Positions 9,050 to 17,344 of a DNA stretch of 37,927 nucleotides are shown piece after piece (within the stretch, counting starts at the first letter, position 1; each line of letters begins with the position of its first letter). The stretch is taken from assembly GCA_964413815.1 (NCBI GenBank), contig CAYPUS010000004.1:1-37927 (forward strand), read 5' to 3'. Below the pieces are notes generated by a model, which made no database searches, was not told the origin of the DNA, and saw only the letters and a program-made list of their open reading frames with translations. Position numbers and translations under genes: made by a program. The DNA comes from an uncultured Aquabacterium sp. Lineage in GTDB: Bacteria > Pseudomonadota > Gammaproteobacteria > Burkholderiales > Burkholderiaceae_C.

Positions 9050-12043
9050 ATGTCCACATCCCTGTCAGGCGGCGGGCCTGACCGCTTTGCGTTGCCGAGC
9101 CTGTCGGCGCTGACAGGTGAATTGACATCCCGCCTCAAGGCCGCGCTGGGCATCGGCCAGGCCACCCGGCTCATCCGGCTCGACACGCCGCTGCCGGCAG
9201 ACACCCTGGTCATCGAGCGCTTCACCCTGCGCGAAGGCGTGCATGCCGATGAGCCTCTGTGGGCCGAACTCGACTGCCTGAGCACCAACGCCCACCTCGA
9301 ACTCAAGGCCCTGCTGGGCGCGCCCCTGACGCTGCGCCTGCAGCTGGCCGATGGCAGCTGGCGCCAATGGCATGGCTACGCGGTGCGCGCGGGCCAGACG
9401 GGCAGCGACGGCGGCCTGGGCAGCTACCGTCTGCACATGGCGGCGTTCACGCACTGGCTGCAACACCGCCGCGACACCCGCATCTTCCAGGACGCCACCA
9501 GCGCCGACATCGTCAACAGCGTGCTGTCGGCCTACCCGCAGGCTCGCTTCAAACTGGAAGTGGCCGAACCCGGCCCCGTTCACGAGATCACCACGCAGTA
9601 CCGCGAAACCGACTGGGCCTTCGTGACGCGGCTGATGGCACGCGAAGGCTGGAGCTGGCGTGTGGACCATGAAGGCGACGGCCCCGCCGATGCCGCCCAC
9701 ACCCTCGTGATCTTCGACCAGCACGCTGAACGGCCCGAACTCGGAGCGCTGCGATTTGCCCGCCCGGATCTGCGCGAATCCGGCCCCGGCGGCCTGATGG
9801 CGGCGCTGGCCGCAGCCTTCAACCTGGGCAGCGGCACGGCGCGCGACACCGTCACGGCTTGGCGAACCGGCCAGCAAGTCGGCACCAATGCGGTCACGCT
9901 GGCGGCCTGGGACGAGCGCCAGCTGGCCGGCATCACCGCCGATGCGCAGGCGGACATCCCGCTGGGCCAGGTGCCCACACTGGCGCAGTACATCGGCCAG
10001 GGGGAGCGCCGCTTTGCCGATGGCCGCGTGGGCACGGCCCAGCCCGGCAGCCAGACGGTCGCGCAGGCGCGTGCGAACGCACGGCTCGCGGCGCATCAGC
10101 TGGCGCAAGTGCGCGCGGCCGGACACAGCGCCGTGCGCGCGCTGCGGCCCGGCGCCACCTTCCAGCTCACCGAGCACAGCCTCTATGCCGCCAGCGTGCC
10201 GGGCGTTCCCACCCCCGGCGGCGAAGGCCGCTTCTGCGCCCTGCACATCACCCACGAAGCGGCCAACAACCTTGGCCAACAGGCCGCCCGCATCCTGCGG
10301 CGCACCGACATCGAACAGGGCAGCTACCGCAACCGCTTCGAGGCGGCGCCCGCCGACCTGCGCCTGGTGCCACCGCCGCCGGATCGCCCCACGGCGCCCG
10401 GGCCGCAGACCGCCATCGTGATGGCCGCACCGGGCGAGCCGCTCAGCACCGACCGTGATCACCGCATCCGCATCCAGTTCGCGTGGCAACGCGGCGCCTC
10501 GCCTTTGCCCGGCGGGATGGCAGGCCCCCAGACGCCCGCCGGTGGCGCCGACACCGGCCATGCGCCAGGCGATGCGCGCAGCGGCACCTGGGTGCGCGTG
10601 AGCCAGGCCGTGGCAGGCCCCAACTGGGGCGCCGTGTTCACCCCCCGCGCCGGCACCGAGGTGCTGGTGGACTACCTGGACGGCGACATCGACCGCCCCA
10701 TCGTCATCGGCCAGCTGCACAACGGCCAACACGACCTGCCCTGGCCGGCCGGCGTGGATGCCGGCGCCAACCACCCCGGTACGGTTTCGGGCTGGCACCA
10801 CACCCACCTGGACGGACAGGGCGCCAACCAGTGGCTGATCGACGATGCCAGCGGCCAGCTGCGCATGCGCCTGCTCCACAGCGGCAGCCGCACCGGCCAT
10901 GCCGAACTGACCCTGGGCCACATCGTTCAGCAAAGCGCACAAGGGGGCGCCGGCAACGCCCAGCGCGGCCAATGGCTGGGCGAAGGCTTCTACGGCTACA
11001 CCGAGGGCTGGGCCATGCTGCGCGCGGGCGAAGGCCTGCTGCTGAGCACCAGCGCCTGGCCGGCGATCGGCAGCAGCGTGCACAGCACGCAGATGGATGC
11101 GCAAGAAGCCGTGGCCCAGCTGCGCGCCGCCCGGCAGCTTGGCCAGGCGCTGAGCCAAAGCGCCCAACAACAAGGCGCCCTGGCCTTGGCCAGCCACGAG
11201 GCCGGGCAGGCCACACAGGCCCACGCCGACGCGATGGACCCGGAGGCGCTGGGGCGCCATGAGGGCGCTGTGGGTGGCCAGCCCGCGCGCAAAGCCCGGC
11301 CAGGCAGCCGCGAGCTGGGTGATCCGGTCGAGCGCTTTGCCCAGCCCTTGCTGCACCTGGACACCCCCAGCACCGCGACCTGGGTGACGCCCGCCTGCAT
11401 CGGGCTGTTCAGTGGCAACGACAGCAGCGTGACGATGCAGGGCGACGCCCAGCTGACCAGCGCCCACACGCTCAGCAGCGTCAGCGGGCAGACCACCAGC
11501 TTCTATACCCACGCGGGCGGCATCAAGGCGATCACCGCCAACGCCGACCTCAGCGTGCGTGCGCACACCGATGCCATGCAGATCTGGGCGGATCAGGACA
11601 TCACGGTGCAGAGCACCACGGATGAGGTGCGGATCCAGGCCAGCAGCAGCATCACGCTCACCGCTGGCCAGAGCCAGATCGTGCTGGAGGGGGGGAACAT
11701 CACCTTCACCTGTCCGGGGGCGTGGACGGTGAAGGGGGCTTCGCATGCTTGGATGGGGGGAGGTTCAGGCAGCGCGAAGCTGATGGCGCTGCCGGACGGC
11801 ACTACGCACATCCCGGACTGGATCGAACTGGACTACCGCGACCCGGATACCGGTGAGGGCGTACCCGGCATCGAGTATGAAATCCATCTGGAAAGCGGCG
11901 CCAGGCTCACGGGCACGCTCGACGATCAGGGGCACGCACGCCACGACAACGTTCAGCGCAAAAAGGTGACGAAGGTGGTCTACAAGCAGCGCCAAGCCAA
12001 ACCTGAAGCCGAGGCCCCGTCATTGAGCAAGCTGCTGGGCTGA
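9050..12043 (+). CDS. vgrG: Type VI secretion spike VgrG with DUF2345-like region and C-terminal extension
   Basis: RRDTRIFQD, QYRETDWAFVTRLMAREG, GPQTAIV, WVRVSQAVAGPNWGAVFTPRAGTEVLVDYLDGDIDRPIVIG, beta-helix ITLTAGQSQIVLEGGNITFTCPG, plus a tail of about 75 aa. Confidence 0.96.
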   Translation: MSTSLSGGGPDRFALPSLSALTGELTSRLKAALGIGQATRLIRLDTPLPADTLVIERFTLREGVHADEPLWAELDCLSTNAHLELKALLGAPLTLRLQLADGSWRQWHGYAVRAGQTGSDGGLGSYRLHMAAFTHWLQHRRDTRIFQDATSADIVNSVLSAYPQARFKLEVAEPGPVHEITTQYRETDWAFVTRLMAREGWSWRVDHEGDGPADAAHTLVIFDQHAERPELGALRFARPDLRESGPGGLMAALAAAFNLGSGTARDTVTAWRTGQQVGTNAVTLAAWDERQLAGITADAQADIPLGQVPTLAQYIGQGERRFADGRVGTAQPGSQTVAQARANARLAAHQLAQVRAAGHSAVRALRPGATFQLTEHSLYAASVPGVPTPGGEGRFCALHITHEAANNLGQQAARILRRTDIEQGSYRNRFEAAPADLRLVPPPPDRPTAPGPQTAIVMAAPGEPLSTDRDHRIRIQFAWQRGASPLPGGMAGPQTPAGGADTGHAPGDARSGTWVRVSQAVAGPNWGAVFTPRAGTEVLVDYLDGDIDRPIVIGQLHNGQHDLPWPAGVDAGANHPGTVSGWHHTHLDGQGANQWLIDDASGQLRMRLLHSGSRTGHAELTLGHIVQQSAQGGAGNAQRGQWLGEGFYGYTEGWAMLRAGEGLLLSTSAWPAIGSSVHSTQMDAQEAVAQLRAARQLGQALSQSAQQQGALALASHEAGQATQAHADAMDPEALGRHEGAVGGQPARKARPGSRELGDPVERFAQPLLHLDTPSTATWVTPACIGLFSGNDSSVTMQGDAQLTSAHTLSSVSGQTTSFYTHAGGIKAITANADLSVRAHTDAMQIWADQDITVQSTTDEVRIQASSSITLTAGQSQIVLEGGNITFTCPGAWTVKGASHAWMGGGSGSAKLMALPDGTTHIPDWIELDYRDPDTGEGVPGIEYEIHLESGARLTGTLDDQGHARHDNVQRKKVTKVVYKQRQAKPEAEAPSLSKLLG

Positions 12044-12074
12044 CGCAAGCACGAAGCAAAGGAGACACACGCAC

Positions 12075-13682
12075 ATGTCGGCTGTTCTACAAGACACCGG
12101 CCCTGCCACTTCGACACCGGCATCGGGCCAGGAGGCTCAGCTACGCCGCGCCCTGGCGCAGCAAACCGGCACAGTACAGTCCGACGAAAAAAGCACCTGG
12201 ATATGGCTGTGGGAAGCGATTCAGGGCGACTTCAATGAAGACCGCTCGACGGGCCAGATTGCCTTCGATGCGGCCGTCTCGATGGTGCCGCTCGTGGATC
12301 AGGTCTGCGACCTGCGCGACCTCATCGCCAACTGCCGGGCCATCGCCAACAGCAAGCCGGACGAGGACAACACCTGGAAGTATGTGGCGCTGGGCCTGAC
12401 GTTGATTGGGCTGATCCCGATGCTGGGCAGCGCGCTCAAGGGGGTGCTCAAGATCTGTTTCCGCTTCATCCTGCATCACAGCGGCCAGATCAATCACAAG
12501 GCCATGGATCTCGCCATGACCTGGGTCGTGGCCTTCCTGCGCAAGCCAGAGGTCCAGCGCTACATGAAGGCCCGCAACGTCGACGACCAGTTCGACTGGT
12601 TGGCCAAAGGTGTCCGTGACCTGGAAGGGCGCGTCACCACCGATGCCTTGCTCAAGGCGTTCGACAATGCCATCAGCACCCTGAAAGGCATGATTGCCAA
12701 AGTCAGCTGGATACCCAAGGTGGGTGACCGCGCCAAGGCGACCATTGCCATGATGGAAAAAGTCAGGCGCAATGCGCGCGCGCCGCTGGATGCCATCACA
12801 GGGCAGTTGAAAGAAATTCTGCAGAGGATCGCGGCGAAACTGGACCATGAGACCCTGACTCTCCGGCACGGCATCCTGAACATGAACAATGTTCACTTCC
12901 GTGGCACGCTGCCGGAGACCCGAGCCGTGACCTTGATGAAAAGGGCGGACCCGAGGCCAAGCTGGCTGAGCAGGGGAATCAAAGGGCTGTGGCAAGAACA
13001 ATGGCTTGCCCAGGGAAAGCGCATGGTGGAGAGAGTGCGAGCAAAAGACCCCGATTACCCCGACCTCAAGGATGGGAACATCCTTTCGTTCCACAAGATG
13101 GTCCCTTATGAGATCAAAGGGCCCGCCAAACTTTACCGTGTGGTTTCTCCAACCAACGGCGCCATGGGCGACTGCTGGGTACCAGAAGATGTTTGGGAAA
13201 AGATCATGTCATCGCCCGACCCCAAGGCGGCATGGCGCAAGTATTTGGCCGTCTGGCCCGACTGGAATCCAAACGGGCAATTTGTCGTCATGGAAGTTCC
13301 CCCGGGGCAGAGTATCAAAGGATGGCGCGGCCCCGCTTCCAGCCAAGTCAAACCGAAAAAATATGGTTTAGACGCGCACCTTGAAGGAGGGTGGGACCAG
13401 ATCATCATCAAACCCGATCCCAAAGAGTTTGACAAAACCGCCATCTACCGGCGAACGGGTCCTGATGGGGCCAAGCTTGAACGAACAACGCTGAGCTATG
13501 GCGATTACTCAGATATGACTGCAGAGCAAAAGGCCGCATATGCCCCCGTGCGGGAAAGCATTGAGCACCCTTACATCAAGGGGCCCTACGACACGCATTG
13601 GGGATCCACCGACTTTGATGCGCAATGGACCGATGGCCGCCTGGGATTGCCGGCACTCCCAGGACAGATGACTAACTCATGA
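12075..13682 (+). CDS. Putative T6SS cargo effector (pre-toxin-like N-terminus, C-terminal toxin domain)
   Basis: Immediately downstream of vgrG with RBS AAGGAG; N-terminal helical hairpins SMVPLVDQVCDLRD and LIGLIPMLGSALKG; more AT-rich C-terminal domain; followed by immunity-like genes. Confidence 0.8.
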   Translation: MSAVLQDTGPATSTPASGQEAQLRRALAQQTGTVQSDEKSTWIWLWEAIQGDFNEDRSTGQIAFDAAVSMVPLVDQVCDLRDLIANCRAIANSKPDEDNTWKYVALGLTLIGLIPMLGSALKGVLKICFRFILHHSGQINHKAMDLAMTWVVAFLRKPEVQRYMKARNVDDQFDWLAKGVRDLEGRVTTDALLKAFDNAISTLKGMIAKVSWIPKVGDRAKATIAMMEKVRRNARAPLDAITGQLKEILQRIAAKLDHETLTLRHGILNMNNVHFRGTLPETRAVTLMKRADPRPSWLSRGIKGLWQEQWLAQGKRMVERVRAKDPDYPDLKDGNILSFHKMVPYEIKGPAKLYRVVSPTNGAMGDCWVPEDVWEKIMSSPDPKAAWRKYLAVWPDWNPNGQFVVMEVPPGQSIKGWRGPASSQVKPKKYGLDAHLEGGWDQIIIKPDPKEFDKTAIYRRTGPDGAKLERTTLSYGDYSDMTAEQKAAYAPVRESIEHPYIKGPYDTHWGSTDFDAQWTDGRLGLPALPGQMTNS

Positions 13683-13694
13683 TTGCCCGCCCTT

Positions 13695-14843
13695 ATGTCT
13701 ACTGACCTATTCGGAAACCCGATCGGCCCTCAGGCCATTTTTGAGTTGAGCCCACATCAAAAGCGTCAGGCCACGTTGCTATACCACTGGACCTCCCCTG
13801 AATACCTGGAAGGACTGGTGACCCTGATCGACGCACTGATGAATGGTGTCGACACGACCTTGGCATTGGCGAGCCGTCAGCACCGGGACCAACTGTTGAC
13901 ATCCACGCAATGGGGGGTACGCGACACCGCGCGGAATTGGGCAAGCGCCGCACAACCGGCCCTGCAAGAATTCAAGGAAGACATCATTTGGCACATCGCC
14001 CAACGCTCTCAAAACCATCTTGGGCGGACAGGGCTCACTCAATGCGACCGCCTGCTGAATGAAATTTCACCCTACTGGATGACACCTGAAGAGAAGAAGT
14101 GGTTCGAGACCCAATGGCAGGCCATCCATGAATACGCTTATCGGCATGATCAGGCCGTAGGAAGCGGAGGGCAGCGTCTCTTGGCTGACAATGACATGCC
14201 CGAACATTGGGCCAAAGTCGCTGCTCAATTTCCTCGCATTCCACGGTTCAAAGTGCATACCGACCGCGAGTACTGGGAAGCCGAACTGCCGGACAAGACA
14301 GGCGTCTACGTCCCAGTCGATGACCCCGACGGGGTCCTGCAGTTTGCATGGTCGGGAGCTGAACAAGGTGCACTGTCAAGCTGCCAGACACTCAGCGAGG
14401 TGGGAAAGCTGATCGTTGCGCGGGTTGGACGCGACCGAATGTGGCTTGACCATCAGGCCATGGTCAATGTCATCGCGCCAATGTATGCCTGTGGTGACTT
14501 GACGGACCGTTCAGAGGGATTCGATGTCGGCGATGAACTGGATCCGCGCTGGATCAGCGGCACCATTTTCGACCTCTGCATCACCGAACGCAGCTGCAAA
14601 TGGTTCTACGTCGAAAAACTTGAGGGCGAGTTCGAAGACGCGCCAGCCCTGCAAGCTGACGGATCAGGCATGCCTGGCCAGGGCCGCTTGCGCTGCGAAG
14701 CCAGGCAGCCATGCCCCCGCACAGGCCTGTGGTTCTCGCCAGCGGCAGACGGACCCCGGCAGTTCAAGCAGGGCGACTTGATGCCCGAAATGCCATCTGA
14801 CTATGGGTTAACGATCTGGTATCTGGCTCAAGCGCAAAACTGA
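13695..14843 (+). CDS. Putative immunity protein 1 (Imm71/Imm72-like), probable cognate of the effector
   Basis: Starts 12 bp after the effector stop; N-terminal LLYHWTSPEYL; DKTGVYVP; C-terminal LRCEARQPCPRTGLWFSPA...FKQGDLMP...YGLTIWY module. Confidence 0.75.
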   Translation: MSTDLFGNPIGPQAIFELSPHQKRQATLLYHWTSPEYLEGLVTLIDALMNGVDTTLALASRQHRDQLLTSTQWGVRDTARNWASAAQPALQEFKEDIIWHIAQRSQNHLGRTGLTQCDRLLNEISPYWMTPEEKKWFETQWQAIHEYAYRHDQAVGSGGQRLLADNDMPEHWAKVAAQFPRIPRFKVHTDREYWEAELPDKTGVYVPVDDPDGVLQFAWSGAEQGALSSCQTLSEVGKLIVARVGRDRMWLDHQAMVNVIAPMYACGDLTDRSEGFDVGDELDPRWISGTIFDLCITERSCKWFYVEKLEGEFEDAPALQADGSGMPGQGRLRCEARQPCPRTGLWFSPAADGPRQFKQGDLMPEMPSDYGLTIWYLAQAQN

Positions 14844-14886
14844 CTGGGTCCGCGAAGGCTTTCCGTTGGACAGCAGCGCGCATACG

Positions 14887-15024
14887 GAACAAATCAGGCA
14901 CCCCGACATCAAGGGGCCCTATGACACGCTATGGGGATCGACTGACTTTGATGCCCAGTGGCGAGATGGTCGCTTGGGTTTGCCCTCGTTGCCCGGGCAG
15001 ATAACCAATTCAATGACACCATGA
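14887..15024 (+). pseudogene. Relic 3' end of a second effector allele
   Basis: Translates EQIRHPDIKGPYDTLWGSTDFDAQWRDGRLGLPSLPGQITNSMTP*, matching the effector C-terminus ESIEHPYIKGPYDTHWGSTDFDAQWTDGRLGLPALPGQMTNS* (13554-13682). No start of its own was seen. Confidence 0.92.
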
Positions 15025-16166
15025 CAACTGACCTCTACGGCACCCCCCTTGGAGCGCCACCAACTTTTGAGTTGAGTCCATACCAAAAGAGACAGGCAGC
15101 CCTTCTGTACCACTGGACGTCAAAAGAGTATCTGGAAGGCTTATTGGCACTCATCAATGGGCTCATTGCCGGCGCCGATACGACACTCGACCTGGCAGGT
15201 CTCCAGGGGAGAGATCAATTGATCGCCAATGAGCAATGGGGTGTTCGTGACACATCTGCCAATTGGCGGGCCAGCGCATGGCCTGCATTGCAGGCATTCA
15301 AAGAAAGCACCATTTGGCACATCGAACAACGCGCTCACGACAACCTTGATCAAACGGGCCTAACCCAATGCGGTCGGATGCTTGACGAACTGTCTCCCTA
15401 CTGGATGACACCGAGCGAGAAAGCTTGGTTCGATTCTCAATGGCGGACCATCGATGAGTACGCCGATCGTCATGATCTCGCGGTTGGCGTGGGGGAATAT
15501 CGTCCGCTGCACGACTTGGAAATGTCAATGCAGTGGGAACTGCATGCTCACCAATTCTCCCAGTTGCCCAAGTTCAACGTGCACACGAATCACGCGTTTG
15601 CAACTGGCGAACGCCCCATTCAGAGCGGTGTATATGTCCCAGTCGATGACCCAAACGGCACCTTGCAATTCGCGTGGACAGGATCAAAGTACGGCGCACT
15701 TGGCCAGTGCACGACGTTGAGCGAGGTCGGGCTGGAGATTCTTCGCCAAATAGGACGCCACAGACTGTGGCTCGACCGGCCGGCGATGGTTGCCACCGTG
15801 GGGTCTCTGTATGCAAAGGGGATACTGCGCGATCGTGGAGGCTTCTCCCCGGGCGACGAGTCTGATCCTGACTGCGTCAACTTTGTGATCACTTCAGAGG
15901 TCTTCAAAACTCGCCCATGCAAATGGTTCTATGTCGAGATGATCGATGGCGAATTCGAAGACTCGCGGGACCTTCAAGCCGACGGGCCAAGCGCGAATGC
16001 TCAGGGGCGCTTGCGCTGTGAAGCCCCGCAGCCGTGTCCCAGGACAGGCCTTTGGTTCACGCCGGCTGCGTCGGGCTCGCGGCAGTTCAGGCAGGGCGAA
16101 TCCATGCCCCAGGTGAACTCCGACTATGGCCAGACAATCTGGTATCTGGAACACGCGCAGAACTGA
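15021..16166 (+). CDS. Putative immunity protein 2, paralog of immunity 1
   Basis: Colinear with 13695-14843 (FELSPxQKRQAxLLYHWTS, QWGVRDT, SPYWMTP, GVYVPVDDP, CKWFYVE, same C-terminal module). Its ATG overlaps the relic's TGA (ATGA 15021-15024). Confidence 0.8.
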   Translation: MTTDLYGTPLGAPPTFELSPYQKRQAALLYHWTSKEYLEGLLALINGLIAGADTTLDLAGLQGRDQLIANEQWGVRDTSANWRASAWPALQAFKESTIWHIEQRAHDNLDQTGLTQCGRMLDELSPYWMTPSEKAWFDSQWRTIDEYADRHDLAVGVGEYRPLHDLEMSMQWELHAHQFSQLPKFNVHTNHAFATGERPIQSGVYVPVDDPNGTLQFAWTGSKYGALGQCTTLSEVGLEILRQIGRHRLWLDRPAMVATVGSLYAKGILRDRGGFSPGDESDPDCVNFVITSEVFKTRPCKWFYVEMIDGEFEDSRDLQADGPSANAQGRLRCEAPQPCPRTGLWFTPAASGSRQFRQGESMPQVNSDYGQTIWYLEHAQN

Positions 16167-16303
16167 GTTCGAATTCGGATTCGCGCTGCTTCATCCCATC
16201 CAGCAGTCGCGTTTTCCCAGCGATCGATGCAGCCCATCTAATAGGTTCGTTGTTGCGCCTTCTGTGACGCAAAGACCGGCGCGCAACACACAAACCATCG
16301 TCA

Positions 16304-17344
16304 ATGGCCATGTTTGACCTTCTCAAACTGAAATGGACAGCCGGCCGGATGTCCAACGACGATCGAGCCCGGCAGTTCTGGATCTTGCAGCGATACACAA
16401 GTTACACCGCCTGGAAGCGGTGCCGCGACGCATTCGCCGTTTTCGCCGCGCTCATGGAGCGGCAATGCCGAGAAGAACCCATCGGGCGAATCGACTCCGC
16501 ACTTCTTGAAAAAGAAAAAAAAGAGTACCTGAACTTGATCACTTCAGGCGCACTCGACGCGTTTGATGTCACCCAGATCGAGAACTGGGATTCCTATCGC
16601 ACCGAGTGGACGCATGCCATGTATGCGGACGTGCTTCGTGTCTTGTCACTCTATGACAAGGGCCTGGCGCATCTGAAGCAAGGGGATCGCTCCGTATTCC
16701 GGCATACCGGTCAGGGCGTTCTGGAAGACGCCGCCGGCGCGGCCCGCCACCACTATCAGGCTTACTGTTTAGGTGGCCCTCGCGGCGACCGGAGTCTGAT
16801 TTTTTACGGCAAGTACGTGATCGCGATGAAGGCTGCGCTGCAGTGGGGCGCAGCAGAAGTCGGTTTCGCAGCAGACGGGCTCGAACCGGCTATGGCGGAT
16901 CTCTCCGCCCCGGAAATCTGGGAAGACCCCCGCGAGATCTACGACCCCCAGGAAAAAAGAAAAGTTCTGGTGCAGGGCTGCAGCGACCGGTGGAAGCAGC
17001 AAACAGCGCATCTCAAAAGCGTGCCTCAGACGCCCAATCCCATTGAAGACGTCTTCGTGACCAGCGGCCAGGCGTGCCCTGCCTACGGCATTTATGAAGC
17101 TCAGGTCCGAGACGGCTTGATGGTCTACATGTGCCAAGGCCAGCAGGCCTATCGCTACGGGGCGCCCGTTGGCATGCCTGGTGGGGGCAGTCGGATCACT
17201 TGGCGATTGTTATGGGAAGACCAGCGCTACGTTGACGGCACGGTGCCGAGCGAAGAGTCGCAGTACTTTCCCGGCGATCTGGTATTTGGGAGAGGCCCAA
17301 GACTGATGGATGAGCCAGCGTACAAACCAGCGCGTACAACATGA
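16304..17344 (+). CDS. Imm71/Imm72 family immunity protein (immunity 3)
   Basis: N-terminal RQFWILQRYTSYTAW; C-terminal CPAYGIYE (GxxE) and WRLLWEDQRY (WxDxRY), the motifs described for Imm72. Confidence 0.8.
   Translation: MAMFDLLKLKWTAGRMSNDDRARQFWILQRYTSYTAWKRCRDAFAVFAALMERQCREEPIGRIDSALLEKEKKEYLNLITSGALDAFDVTQIENWDSYRTEWTHAMYADVLRVLSLYDKGLAHLKQGDRSVFRHTGQGVLEDAAGAARHHYQAYCLGGPRGDRSLIFYGKYVIAMKAALQWGAAEVGFAADGLEPAMADLSAPEIWEDPREIYDPQEKRKVLVQGCSDRWKQQTAHLKSVPQTPNPIEDVFVTSGQACPAYGIYEAQVRDGLMVYMCQGQQAYRYGAPVGMPGGGSRITWRLLWEDQRYVDGTVPSEESQYFPGDLVFGRGPRLMDEPAYKPARTT

Noticed and set aside
9065..11746. 893-aa minus-strand ORF and other long antisense ORFs (e.g. 1560-3074, 26490-28139, 31846-33366, 33964-35277)
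   Set aside because: These are shadow frames of well-supported genes in high-GC DNA and have no motifs of their own.
16167..16303. Possible second toxin relic before immunity 3
   Set aside because: No resemblance to the effector tail was seen by eye.
16509..16523. A-rich run in immunity 3 as a slippage site
   Set aside because: The frame is intact (EKEKKE) and there is no alternative downstream frame of note.
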